A stretch of 62,220 bases of DNA, filler included, from Sphacelaria rigidula (lineage: Eukaryota): assembly GCA_964200075.2 (NCBI GenBank). It is 5 parts of 5 records of this genome, joined end to end, with 100 filler letters (N's around TTAATTAATTAA, not from the genome) between each part and the next. Parts side by side here need not be neighbours in the genome. Positions count along the whole stretch, not along the records: positions 12,468 to 24,833 come from CAXNAA020003851.1; positions 24,934 to 37,296 come from CAXNAA020003852.1; 3 more parts are not named here. The stretch is one strand, 5' to 3'. Every line of letters starts with the position of its first letter. Positions within the stretch are counted from its first letter, which is position 1. The notes under the pieces were generated by a model, which had not been told where the DNA came from, ran no database searches, and saw only the letters and a program-made list of their open reading frames with translations. Positions 13,041 to 25,599 of the stretch are shown here, one piece after another. The position numbers and the translations under genes are program-made.

Positions 13041-16000
13041 GCGCGCGCGGACGCTGCGGAAAAGAGCCTATCCGAAGTCAGAGACAAGAATTCGGAGGTC
13101 GAGGAGGCTATGCACGATCTGAAGAGGAGGTGCGGCGCGTATGTGAAGTGAACTCCAAGATGGATCTTACGTGTGCTGTGGGTGTAGTGTGTAATGCAGC
13201 GTGCAGTATGGTTCACGGTATGTACTAGAGTGTACTACTTTTTCCGTGGTGCAGCGTCGTGTGTCGTGTGGCGTATCGCCGTGCACGGCAGTGCATGGTA
13301 GTGCGTGATAGACTGTGGTCTCGTCGCCTTCTCTGACGAAGGGTGGCTCACGTACCCTCTTCGCTGTTCGCCGATTTACAAGGCGGACACGTGGGCACAC
13401 CTTGCCGCAACGGTGACGTTAAGAAGAGTAAATGGCACTACCTGGGAGAAACGTGTACCTTAATGCTTGTTGCACGGTGAAGCGTAGTACCGTGTGCGGT
13501 TTGCCGGAGACATTGTGTAGTGTTCACACCTTGGACAATATATGCTCCATAAATGCAATAGACAAGAAACGTACTGCATGAAGTATAGACCTATCGCGAC
13601 TATTGTCGGCCGACAGTAGTTGCAATAGGCCTATACTTTATGCAGTACACTTCTCGTCTATTGCAACTATTGACCATATATTGTCCAGGGTGTAGTAGTG
13701 TTTAACATGTCCAGAGTTTTCCGGGAAAGGTATACCCGTAATCTGATGATTTTTTCCACCGAAGTGCTCCTACTACCGGTCTTTTGTCCCTGTGATAGCC
13801 GGTACTTTCTGCCTTATGTCATGCGAACTGACACTATGCTGACGGCATGTCCCCCGCAAACGATACGCTGGTAACCGCACGCCTATTTCATGTACTCCAT
13901 GTCTTGTTTGTTTCTGTAATTTGCTTCTCTCTGTTCACCGTGTGAAATGCGGTCCTCCACAAAGATTCGTCAGTCCTTCGCGTCGAGCCGTTCATTTGTG
14001 GGTGGTGATCTTGTTCTTTCCTTCTTTATTTTTTTGCTGGCGATTCAAATGGTCTAGTCGTGTGCTGAAGGTGTTCGATCAATTGCTGTTTCGTGTTGAT
14101 GTCCTGTTCAATCGCTTGCTTGTTTATTTTGTTCCCATGCTCGCTGTCTTGTCCTTCGTCAATTCGGGTGGTGTGTGTGTGTGTGTTTTGTGCTGTACGT
14201 CGTTTCAGAGAACGACTGGTCGCCGAGAGAGAAGGAGCAGCGCGAGCATGGGAACACACCTTGCGCAGCGAACAAACGGCCGCGAACCAGGCCCTGGCGG
14301 ACGTTGCCGCTAGGAATCGACAGGCAGACGATCGGGAGGCGTCACTCAAGGAGGAAGAACAGGTTCGCCTATGTTTTCCCTGCGAACCCACGCAAGGTCC
14401 CGGTGTATGTACTGTTTGTTTGTTTCATGAAAGCGGGACGGGTATACCCGACCTCCACGTGAGCCAATATGTCACCACTACTTTGCGGTTGGACGATCTT
14501 ACGCTGTAGTTTGTTGACACGTTTTAGCGGCGACTGTTGAGTTTCGAGCCCGGTCGAGCGTTGTTTTTTGTTTATACTCCGGATTACAAGTTTTAGGTCG
14601 GCCATTTCTTTCTGTGCTTTGCTTGTGTTGACTTTTTTTGTTACTCAAATTTTTTCTTACGCCTTAGTCTGCCATGTCGTCCTGTTCGACCCCCTTTTTT
14701 TCTGTTTTTATTTTATTTTATCAGAGCGTGTTTCAGTTTTGTTTTTCTTGGGTACGTCTATCATAAGACCACGGCTGGACCCCTGGGGGGTCAGTTAAAG
14801 TGCAACAATCAATCGATCAAATCAAAAAGTAGTGGTACACGTGACCTGATGGTTGAGCCTTAATCCAGCAGTGCCCCAGTAAGCGTATCTCAAGTTGCTA
14901 CAGTTCAGGGCAGCCTATCCGCGCCTTCGTTGCACCGCCGGCGTTCTCGGGACAATCTTAGTGGTAGGATAACCTAGCACTCTGCTGGGCTTGGAGCAGT
15001 CAAGTGCCCACGCCGTCAACCACCGACGTACAGAGATAGAAGAGTATGCACGTGCGCTATGCATTTCGCCGTCTTTTTGTCGCGACCGCGATTTAGGTGC
15101 TTGCGGGAAGGCTGCAGGAGTTGGAGCGGTTGAAGCACGAAGAACAGCGGGCAATTACCACCGCCGCACAAGAGCACGAAGCCGCTACTCGGGAATTGGA
15201 AGCCGAGAAGCGAAAAGTGAGATAATGCTCGTTTTGCGATCCTCAATTTCAAGGATTCGGCAGAGGTTCAGAAAATCACGATGGTGAAGGACGCTGTCTA
15301 CGATAGCCCCCCCCAAAAATAAAAAAAAAAAAACAGCCCAAAAGTATCACGAAAAAAATGGTCATACATCGCCTGATGTTTTGGTTTAGGCTGTGCATGA
15401 TGCGCCTCATGTGGGTGACATTGGCGAGGCCGAACCCAAGCGTTGGAATTCCTAGCTGCTCGTTTTGCTCGGCTTTTTCCATTTCAATTTACGGGAAGAT
15501 TTTGCCTCCCCAAACCAGGCACTTTATTGGGGCAGGGGGGGGGGGGGGGCGTACTCATTTGTTGCTCGCCTTAGTCGTTTGACCATTGACCACGCATCCC
15601 TTTCGACGGAGCTCCGTTCCTACTCCTGATAGAGCCACCTTCAACATTCCGGCGCTCATCACGCTTCTTCCATACATCACACAAAAACCTTTTCCATATC
15701 TCATTCCCGTGCTGTCCGGCACTTTTTTTGGGGGGGGGGGGGTACCCTAGAAAGTGTCGAAGCAATTCTGTATCACCATTTAAGTTTGTATTCCACTTAT
15801 CATCGTAGCGGATACTCACTATTCGCTTGAGTGTATGGACTCTGTGCTACGGGTACACCCCATACGTGGACGAATCCTTGAAATCTACCTTGGGTTTGGT
15901 TCAGGTTGTTTTGGCTTGTTTGTCGAGTCTCGAGCCTGACTGTAGCGCGGGTTGTCTGACGAATCCGGAACGGTACGTGGTGTGTTCAGTAGTGAGCGCG

Positions 16001-19000
16001 ATCTGCCCGCCGACGCTGAACCCGTGGCGCAGGGTTAGGGCTTTGGTGTCGATGCCGTTGCTCAAGTACTCTAGATGTTCAGCGTGCTGCATCACGGTAC
16101 TCACACTTTTGTCATGATTTCCGTCGTGTCTCTGTCAGTCACAAGGTACATGCGTTATAATAGTTCCCATTGATACGGCACGTACATGTATGTCCCTGAG
16201 GTGTTTAAACCTATTTTTGTTTTTCACCTGGAGAGTTTCCAGGTGTCGTTATATTGAGCAAGGTACTCTAGGGAGATATCTTCAACTAGTTGTCGAGATT
16301 TCACGTGCAACATTTGAACTACGGGTTGGGCACCAACTTTGAGGCAGCCTACTCCAAATGTACCCACGTATCTTGTGTGTGTGTGTGTGTGTGTGTTTCC
16401 CTGCCTACATGATGGCGCTGCAGGTAGCGCATAATCTCCGGCGATCCGCGGCGTCGTTCCTGCGCGCAAGGCTCACATCCTTGCCGCGCCGACGCTTGGA
16501 AAGTGCATGGCTGCGATGGCGAATTGGGGCATTAGATGCCGCGAGCAAGGCCGTCAAGTTAGGGGAGGAGGATATGCGAACGCGCGCTCGGGAGCTGCAG
16601 GCTTCCATGGAGAGGGGCTTGCAGGAACTCAAGGTCGGCAAGGACGGGCTAAAGGTGATGCACGTGTTGCGTAGATATATGAATCTTACACCCCCTCTCT
16701 GATGAGATTGTTTAACGTCGCTTCTGTTCTTATGTTGGATACTTATTCAGTTAGGAGCAAATGGAGCTTCGCAGACGTGCCGAACACGTATTCAAGGCTG
16801 CACAACATCAATGAACCCTGTGTCCGATCCGATTCCGATGCTCTGCGCTCTTGGGATGCGGGTATACATGCGGATGTTTTCGTGAACGTAGTCGTACGGC
16901 GTGTCCAAGATACCTGAGGGGCGTGTTCCAAAAGTGTGTCACGTGAGGAGCATAGAGGCAGGCGTGTGACACATCACTTCGCCGTTCTGCTTTTGTTGTG
17001 TGTGGATGATTTCCGTGTTTCTTGTGAACTTGATCTAATGAAAGGAGGAAGCGGCTCGCGTGCAGCAGGCCAGGGACAGGGCTGAAGCAGACCTTCGGCG
17101 AGTGGGCAGGCAGCACAAGGAGGCCTCACAACTCAAGGTAATCGATACCGTATCTCGACCGTTGCTTTTGACTCACGTTGCACCAGGAAACACTAGCAGC
17201 GCCGCTGTCTGCGCGCATTAGTGCCCCTCTTACGCTCCTCTCTTGTGCTTGAAAGCAACGTGTTTTTCCTGCTTGAGCGTTTGTTGCGTCTGTCCTGTTC
17301 GTAAAACATGTCTCCAGTGATGGTATGGTCGGTCCCGCCCGTGGCGAAAAATAAATTAAGAAGGGCAGTTCACCGCGGGCCAAGGGAAATTATTGCTCCC
17401 CGCTTGCGTTGAACAAGTCGTCGAAGAAGCAGTAGCATTAGCGTTGGGTATACTGGAACTGTCTGCTGGTGAACAGGACTAAAGTGTTCTATTGGTGCAT
17501 TTACTCCATGACGAAAATGATTTTCACGGTTCGGACGAATAAAATCATGATTCGACTCATATGCAACATTTGGACGGATCAACCATACGATTTGTACACA
17601 AGTTGCGATATGTACACGTTTTGGGGTCGTGATTCGTGCGACGCAACTTTGAGTGTACACATTTCCAGTGCGTGATTCGTGCGGTACACCCTCAAAGGTA
17701 CACGTTCCCTAACTTTCATTCGTACGGTGTAAACCATAGGTACACATCTCCCAATGGCCATTAATTCAGCATGATTCATGGGGACACGTTCCCCACTTTC
17801 CATTCATACGAGGTGAATCAAGTGTACATTTTTCCCAGTTTCCATCCATCCGACATGAATCATACGTACGTGTTGCCTACCTTCCATTTATACAAGATGA
17901 ATCAAGTGTGTATGTTTCTCACTTTTCGTTTATGCAGCGCGAATCATGCGTACATGTTCTTCACCTTCTGTTCATACTGATAAATAATGTGAACAGGTTG
18001 TTTCCCACCTGTCATTTCATGGGGCGCGACTCTTTGGTGGCGCTGCCGTTTGTCGGTGGGGTAGGCAAAGAAGAGCGTATAGGTCGCGAACCCCTCAAGA
18101 ACCAAATCCGCAATAAATAAACCGATTTCAAATTTTGTACTCACACGTAACACATCAACTATGGTAATACAACACACGCGTCTGCGAGCCCAGAGCCGTT
18201 TTTCTAGCCAGTTTCCCCTCCCCCGAAGTATGTTTTTGACAGCCTTTGTGATTTCATGTTATGTTCTGTGGTACAGTTGACCTGAACATACTGTATACAA
18301 TACCACGAATACTTGCGAAGAACACAGCACCAGCACGAGTTGTTCTCGCATGCTTGCGGAAGTTTCCGGGAAGACTCCGGCAGCGTACTCTGCAGTCCGC
18401 GGACAGTACGGTACAACATGACATAGCATGCATCTGCGCGCCTAGAGTGATTCTTCTGATTGATTGACTGATTGATTGATTGATTATCGCACTTTGACTG
18501 ACCCCCCAGGGGTCCAGCCGTGGTCTCATTATAGACGTACCCAAGAGACACGAAACTGAAACACGCTCTGAGAAAAAGAAGGAAGATAAGAAAAAAGAGG
18601 GTCGAACAGAACGATATAGCAGACTAAGCCGTAACAAACAAGTTGACATTCTTCTAGCTGTTTGTTTTCCTATGGTTCATGCGGCAGGGATATCGTGATT
18701 CATGGACGTGTTTTCCACCTTGCGTTCGTGAGCATGAATCATAGATCCATGTTTTCAACCTCCCATTCATACGAGGTGAATCAAGCGTATATGTATCTCC
18801 CTTTTTATTCATGCAGCATGAGTCATGGGCACCCGTTTTACACCTTCCATTCATACGAGGTGAATCAAGCGTGCATATCTCCCAATTTCCGTTCGTGCAG
18901 CATGAGTCATACGTACATGTTCTACGCCTACCATCCATACGAGGTGAATCAAGCGTACACTCTTGTGAATCTCCGCTCATGCAGTATGAATCGTACGCAC

Positions 19001-22000
19001 ATGTTCCCTACCTTCGCTTCATACGAGATTCATCAAGTCTACTCGTACGTGTTTTCCCACCCAAGACTTACACAGGAAGTGTGATTCGCACATAGTTTGC
19101 ACTCTTGATTCGTCTGATGCTACTTGGAGTGTACACATTCCCAGCCCGTGATTCGTGCGGTATGCCCTTGAACATACAACTTCACCACCCGTAATTCATA
19201 CTGGATGACTCATTAGTACGTGATTCGCATTCAACATTCATCGAGAGTCAACCCGTATGAACTCTGATACGCCCGAGCCGTGAAGATTTTCTGCAGATTG
19301 TATTACCCTGTCGTGATGTCTGACAACAAAAACATGATCCTCAGGAAAAAGCCGCAGAAGATTTGGCGGAAACAGAACGGCGTCGGACTGTGGTAGAGGG
19401 AGAACGGGCTGCTCTTGCGCAAGAGTCGGCTGAGGCGCAGGCACTAGCGCAATCTCTATCTCGTGAAAAGGGCGTTCTGGAAAATGCTCGAGCCTGCCTT
19501 GAAGAAGAGTCCAAAGAGGTGAGCAGGTGTCGGTGAAGGCGAGGTAGTGTCTGGTCCGCTTGCGACAGTTTTTTCGGGAAATCGTCTCCTGTGACAGGGT
19601 CAGCATGCCCAAAAATATTCACGATGTATCCAATTATATATTGTATCCTGCAAAAACGCACGACTCGTGCCGTTGGTGTTGCTCAACCTTCGCCCACGTG
19701 GGCTCAGCTGGAGGCTCGGAGAGCACGGCTTGAAGAGATGCAGGAGGCGGGGCAGGCCGGACTCGAGGAGGGGAGAGGGGAGCTGAGGGTTGCGGCTGAA
19801 CGTCTGGAAGCTGAGAAGGATAAATTCAAGGCATCTCGAAACGTTAGTATGTCGGAGTGGCTCAGGACAAAGTTGGAGGTAGTCAGGCTTAGGGGGCCAC
19901 CGTATGGTGGTGAGTTTCGCGGGGACTTTTTCGTAGGTATCTTTAAGGAATGCTGGGCAACCACTGTTTGACTGTGTCAATCGCTTGTTCCATCTCGGTC
20001 AAGTTCGGAGAGTATGTTACACCGAGACGGATATATTGCTGTCGCGGTGGAGGTGTGAGTGTTCCTGTGCGTTGGGAGTAGGCTGTAGAAAACCCTACCC
20101 TGATCCCACGATGATTTATCACTTAATATTTCGTCTCACTTGTGTTCGGAGACCGCCATTTTGTCAGCATATGATTCTCTACCGGGCTGCTGTTGCCATG
20201 TTGTGAGCCGTGAGCATATCTTCAGGGTGCGAAATATATATATATATATATATGTGTGTGTGCGCCTTGTATGTGTTATCCAGACCTTTGAAGAGGACCG
20301 ACGAAAGGCGCAATCGGATGCGGAAAATTCTCGTAACCTTCTGGAGGATGAGCGAGCTGAGCTACACAGAGCCCGGGCTGATTTGGACAGGTTCAGCGCT
20401 CGGGTGAGTCGACCGCTCTGTAGCTGTGCTTCGAAATTATACGTAATGACATCATTCCTGTTTTTCGAGACGTGACAAATACCTTTTTCTGGGGGTTCCT
20501 TGGGTTGGTACTGGTTGCCCGTTTCTTCGAATTTCGTGTAGCGAATATCGCGCATCACCAGATCAATCAGTTGAAAAGCCAGATGCGCAAATTCCTCCGC
20601 TTGTCCGGGGCCAAATATGGAGAATAGCGGTCATGAAAGCGTGCAGTGGTGGGCTTACGATTTAGCAGCTGCCATGCACCGTTACGCCTTGCGCTTACAC
20701 TTTGCGCCTCGCAGCTTGCGCCTTGCACCCCACTCGCTCTCTTGTGTCTGAGCTGCTTAGTGTGGGAGCATGCCTTGATATCATTCTCTTGAAGATGTGC
20801 TTATTACGCTACAATCCCGCATGTGACACCGCACATTCCTTGGGAGCGACGAACGCGCTGTGTGCAACGATGGGAGATGTTATACACATTGTCTCTACGC
20901 AGCACATGGGGTTTACGACATGGTTTTCGACCTGGCGTCCTGTTCGCTGACTGGTTTTCGTGGCAACGTGAATCTCACGGCCCGGCATGTTGTGTGTCCT
21001 GTCCGCTTCCCCAACCCTTTTGGAATTCACATTGATCATTTGCACGTGACGGTTTTTGAGAAAGATATAGTTGATGGTTTACAGCTCAGACGCAACAATA
21101 TTAATCAAATGCGTATTTTTCAGACCCGTGCGAGTACAAGTGGAACAAAAGAAGGTTTCCTATTTATCGATGTGCCGTACCAAACCCTGGGACCCATTGC
21201 TGTCTTTTGAACGGAATGTTTCATAGTGTTTTTGCCCGTTATTGTCGATAGACACAATTGGACACACTTATTCCGTTGCGTGGTATGATTGGACACACCT
21301 CACCCGACCTCTCCAGGAAGGACATTTTTCCTGCACCCGCCGCGTGTGCTACCGGATTATTCTACGGTCTTCCATTATAAACTGGTTGCCGTCGGCCTTT
21401 TCTGCTTCCATATTTTCCTTTTGTCAGGGCTTCTCATAATGAGGCGTTTGGCCCAGGGGCAGGAGGGGAGGGTTCCAAAAGGGTTAAGGTTGCACTATGA
21501 CAGTCGGGAGTATAGCTGGAGATTATCTATATCAGTGGGCTATGACACGGAACCCGGAATAAGTTTCCCGCGTATCCACCGTAATATTTGATGACCGATA
21601 CTTTCAGGGTCACTAGAGGTCAACTCCCGACTGCATCGTACGTTATAAAAGTGTTGATCGCCTTCGATTTCGTGTGATGTGTGGACGGCTGGCGTGTGCT
21701 GTCAAGGTCGGCGGGGAGAAAGCAGCACTGCGTCACCAACGATCAGAGTTGGAGGACAAGCAAGCGGAGCTGGCGACAAGAGAGGAACAAGTCCAAGCTC
21801 TTCACGCGAAGGTGATGGCTTCGTGTGGACGGCATGAAAGTTCTCAACACCATCTCCGTCCTCTCACAACATGGTTTACTCCGCAGCGGGTTTTTGTTGG
21901 CGCAGTGCGTCGCACAGTACGGCTTTATAGCCTCCGTGGTGCAATACGCTCGTGAGTATAGGGATTGAACAGGAGAGCGTTACATGCCGCGGGTTGCTAC

Positions 22001-23861
22001 CAGCCCAATACTAGTTCGTCATCGTGACTTGTGCGTACGTGCTTACGCGTGCGTGCGTCAGATCATATCTCACTTCTCGTACCGTATGTCGGTGTTGCTC
22101 TATGGTTGATTCCGGGTCGGAAATCATCAGGTTGAGCGGAGTCAGTCCGAGTGTGAGCAGAGGTCCCGGCAGCTGGAGCGCGATTTACAGGAGCTCAGAG
22201 TGTCTCAAGAGAGCCTCCGTGCTAGGGAAGAGACGCTGATGCTGGAGAAGGCGTCTGTTGAAGGTGCGGCAAGTGTGTAGCACAGACATGAGCAGTTGAT
22301 GGGGTTGTGTACAACTTCATAAGTCCATGCGTGAATCTTTCGATGAAGATGCTGCGATGCATATAGTGTGTGCACTTACCGAGTTGTGTCGTGTTTTGGT
22401 TTAGGTGTAATACAGCCGGTCGCCCCGGCGGCTCAGTTGGTAAACTTGAAACCTTCTGACGGTTGGGTCGTGGGTTCAAATCTCGGAGCGATCTGGAATT
22501 TTTCTCACACCATGCCTAACAGTGGAGAGCGACCATGTCATGGGTACACAAAATTCTACTCAACTGTCGACGAGGGAAAGGAACTGCTGAACCCCTCTCG
22601 CGATAAAAAAATAAAACGCAAGCATCGCAGAAGGAAGGGGGGGGGTATTGAAAACAAAGTAAACATAAAAAAGCTCCTGTGTTGACCTCCCTCCGGTGTG
22701 ACTCCGGCTGGTGCGCCCACATACACCGAAAGGTGTATGTAGATCGGCATCCAGAATAGAGGGAACGACAACACACTACATATCCCTCTGTGAAAACGGC
22801 GTTAAAGGCTCTGCGTGCTACTGTGGCAATGCATCCCTTCTTCCGGGGATATTCCCAGCGCTGCGCATCTCGAGCTGGGCAACGTCAACTGGATGTGTCA
22901 AGTATCCTAATCGTTTCACTTGCGTAGATAAAACAGGCGGCTGTCAAATGTTTGCTGCAGAACCCCCATCTGACGTCAGCTGATCATTTTTCTTTTATTT
23001 GGCGGACTGTCCGTACGCGTATGGTGGAGAGTGTCAAAAGGTGCGAAGGTGTGTGCACTAGCAATCAAAGCTCCAACAAATCATGAGCAAACAACCGTTT
23101 CCCTGTTTGCATGGCAACCCCCCGCCGCGTGCACTTCGTTCCGCGTATTGTTTGCAAGCTTGGCTGATGTGACGCTTTTCATTCCGGCCCTCCACTAGTT
23201 CCTGCACAGCACACGCAGCACACAGCACAGCACCGTGCAGTATAGTGCAGGGTGTCGCCCACACGATGATCTGCGAAGATGCAGGCAGCGATTCGTGCTG
23301 AGATACAATCATCTATGCTGCGAGTGTTTGAGTCAGCATACTACTGCGATACCAGGAACTTCGATTGCTTTCCTCCGTTGATATTTTCTGTCGAGAAGAG
23401 AATGCGGAGCTCTTATTTTGCATCTGTACAACGCTATATATTTGGTGCTGCATGCATGTTCTGCACGGCAAAGACCGCGACTTTTGTCGCTAGGGTTCCT
23501 GCTAGCCGTACAGCCCCAAAAGGCTGCTACACCCACTACAATGGAGCAGTTTGGTAGATTTAGCGGTGAGGTATGGCAACTGGCGGCAGCTACGCATCAG
23601 CTACATCCGTTCGTCAGTGGATGCGTGCAAGCAATCTTTCGAGTAGAGCGGGTCGTACTGCTCTTTCGGCGTTCGTGTTTTTTTCCTGGGCGCTGGAATG
23701 CTCCCTAGCGGGATCGAATCGGGGCCGCTGCTTTGACCTTTGATCCCTTTACTAAACCCGATTGATTCGCCTCCAAACGTGCCACACAAGCAAGGATGGA
23801 TTCTGCGCCCGTCAGTCATGATGGATAGGGTACAGTGGCGGTTGGTGATCCGCATTTTCCG

Positions 23862-23892
<31 letters not shown>

Positions 23893-24768
23893 CTTCACAT
23901 TAAAAACCGTTTCGATATCTGAGCGGTACATTCGTACTGGGCATCTGATGCGGACACCTTCCGTGATCACAGTCTAGCAAAAAAAACAAAAAACAAAATA
24001 GACCCAGATTAAAACTCACAAAACGCGATACAAGCAAAACAGGGATGAATAATAAAGAAACGGAGTACATACGGCTAACCTCAGAAGATCCGGTGCCTTT
24101 TCCGTGTGTGTTAGTATTACTAGCTGGTGTTTTCCCGTGACTTCGGCAATATCTGCTGCCGGGCACCGTTGGGCAAGCCTTTTGGCTGTTTTGAGGTCGT
24201 CATCGCTCAAGGCTTCAGTGGGCGGTGCCGTCTCTTGAAAATTCCATTCGCGCATGTCTATATCTCGCGTGCAGTACCTGCTCTCGTTGAGTACGTCTAG
24301 TCCAGTCCAAATGGACCTCTGAACAAATGAAGTATGGTCTGTCAGCGTTGCAGATGCTTTTCTTGTGTAGTTGGAATATGGGAGTGTGTGGGTGTTAGTC
24401 GAACGATACGTGACGTTTACACTCCTGGAAGAGGAGGTTTGGCGACATTGTAGCTGTAGATCTGTGAAAAGAGTCAAATCGATGAGCAGAATTATCGTTA
24501 GGTCCACACTTTTTACAACAAGCATTCAACGTCACATACGCTCTCCAAGCTGCTGCAGTTCATGGCGGATGCAATGCTGACCACTTCGACTCGAATGTAA
24601 TTTTCAGAGGGGGCGAGGGAGCTGGCTACCGAACGGCGGGAGCTGGAAACCCGAGAGGAGGCGGTGCGGGACACGGGCAGGGAGGTCGGTCTGTCTTTGG
24701 ACCAAGGCCGCGCAGTACTTAGTAGGGAGAGGAGCAAACTTACGGAGGAAGCTGAGAAACTCAACAAG
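13041..24768 (+). CDS. Long coiled-coil protein (E/A/R/L-rich), internal fragment of 11 exons, partial at both ends
   Basis: Exons 13041-13129, 14209-14362, 15097-15216, 16424-16654, 17045-17137, 19345-19518, 19708-19878, 20284-20403, 21707-21811, 22131-22263, 24608-24768. All are AG/GT-bounded and join in one open frame (e.g. ERLVAEREGAARAWEH, LEARRARLEEMQEAG, ELATERRELETREEAV). No globular domain recognised. Confidence 0.88.
13526..13693. repeat. 168-bp loopless imperfect palindrome in an intron (hairpin or MITE-like)
   Basis: Ungapped arms centred on gtcgg|ccgac, from acaccttggacaatatatg to catatattgtccagggtgt. Confidence 0.9.
14660..14825 (+). mobile_element. Retroposon 3' end with (ATCA)n tail; copies at about 7185-7240 (+), 18468-18640 (-), 42355-42452 (-), 61478-61572 (+)
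   Basis: Conserved gaccacggctgga(t/c)ccctggggggtcagt...aagtgcgacaatcaatcaa followed by an ATCA microsatellite, seen on four scaffolds. Tail-less related pieces at about 45875-45920 and 47455-47510. Confidence 0.8.
15550..15720 (-). mobile_element. 3' fragment of the same LINE family as 48380-48880
   Basis: Encodes GNEIWKRFLCDVWKKRDERRNV, homologous to GDKICTRYLCNVWKKSNERPNV, with the same 3' tail. Confidence 0.78.
18468..18640 (-). mobile_element. (ATCA)n-tailed retroposon fragment lying within a minisatellite
   Basis: Reverse complement of 14660-14825. Confidence 0.8.
18670..19240. repeat. Degenerate minisatellite, 84-bp period made of two 42-bp subunits; second block at about 17620-17975
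   Basis: catacgag(g/a)t recurs at 18768, 18852, 18936 and 19020, and at 17805 and about 17889, all spaced 84 bp. A related cagcatga(g/a)tca motif falls at the half-period. Confidence 0.88.
22416..22776 (+). mobile_element. tRNA-derived SINE, fullest copy
   Basis: Pol III A box ggctcagttgg (about 22430-22440) and B box ggttcaaatc (about 22473-22482), followed by a conserved non-tRNA body (gtggagagcgac...gggtacaca...gtcgacgagggaaagga) shared with other copies. Confidence 0.78.
23860..24450 (-). mobile_element. 3' end of the (CAA)n-tailed non-LTR family, in an intron of the coiled-coil gene
   Basis: (GTT)n followed by gtcttcacattaaaaaccgt is the reverse complement of the 27372-27428 end. ORF 24016-24525 lies directly upstream on the same strand. 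Confidence 0.6.
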
Positions 24769-24833
24769 GTATGATATTATAGTATGTTCCGCGCCATTGT
24801 GATGGTGACACGGGGGGTGGGGGGGTTGTACTC

Positions 24834-24933
24834 NNNNNNNNNNNNNNNNNNNNNNNNNNNNNNNNNNNNNNNNNNNNTTAATTAATTAANNNNNNNNNNN
24901 NNNNNNNNNNNNNNNNNNNNNNNNNNNNNNNNN
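24834..24933. other. Artificial scaffold linker
   Basis: Same N44-TTAATTAATTAA-N44 structure. Confidence 0.98.
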
Positions 24934-25208
24934 CCCAACTCGTCTGTGTCGATGAGATATTGCTTTTAGAGCTTAAATCTGTTTTTAGCCTGGCCCAGCT
25001 CGTACAGACAACCGATTAGACTACGGTGCATTCAGCGCTGACTGTACGGTAGGAATCGGTTGCCTATAACTACTGAGTTCCCTAGCAGTCAACTCGGGGA
25101 TTGAACTCTCCCCCATCACCCTCTTTTTTTTACCGGAGGTAGCGTTTTCCTCTTTTTCTTCAGAGAAAGTGCGTCCGACGGGAATCGAAGCGGCGACTAA
25201 CTTTTGCG

Positions 25209-25288
25209 ACGATTTATAGGCAACCGATTAGACTACCGTACAGTCAGCGCTGACTGTACAGTAGTCTAATCGGTTGCCTATAAATCGT
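25209..25288. repeat. 80-bp near-perfect palindrome (one mismatch); degenerate second copy at about 25010-25069
   Basis: acgatttataggcaaccgattagactaccgtacagtcagc|gctgactgtacagtagtctaatcggttgcctataaatcgt. Confidence 0.92.
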
Positions 25289-25599
25289 TACAGGCCACAG
25301 ACGGCGAAACAGGACGGGTTAAGATATGTGAAAGGTTCAATGTAACGTATGGAATAAACATAATGGGCGCCGGAATGTTAAAGGTGTCTCTATTAGGAGT
25401 TCGAACGATGCTCCGTCTCGAAAGGGATGCGTGGTCAATGGTCAAACGGCTAAGGCAAGCAACAAATGAGTACGCCTCCCCTCCACAGTTGGTCGCCTTC
25501 CTACCAATGCGACCCCACCGGGACCACCAGATGCAGCAGCAGCAAGAGCATGACTCGGAACAGTTTCTGCTCTACTTCTGGACAACTCCAACTTAGCAT

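Noticed and set aside
17620..19240. Regularly spaced repeats resembling a CRISPR array
   Set aside because: The 'spacers' are homologous to each other, the context is a eukaryotic intron, and there are no cas genes. It is a minisatellite.
22418..22490. Functional tRNA gene
   Set aside because: Copies are mutually diverged and share a downstream non-tRNA body, which is better explained as a SINE head.
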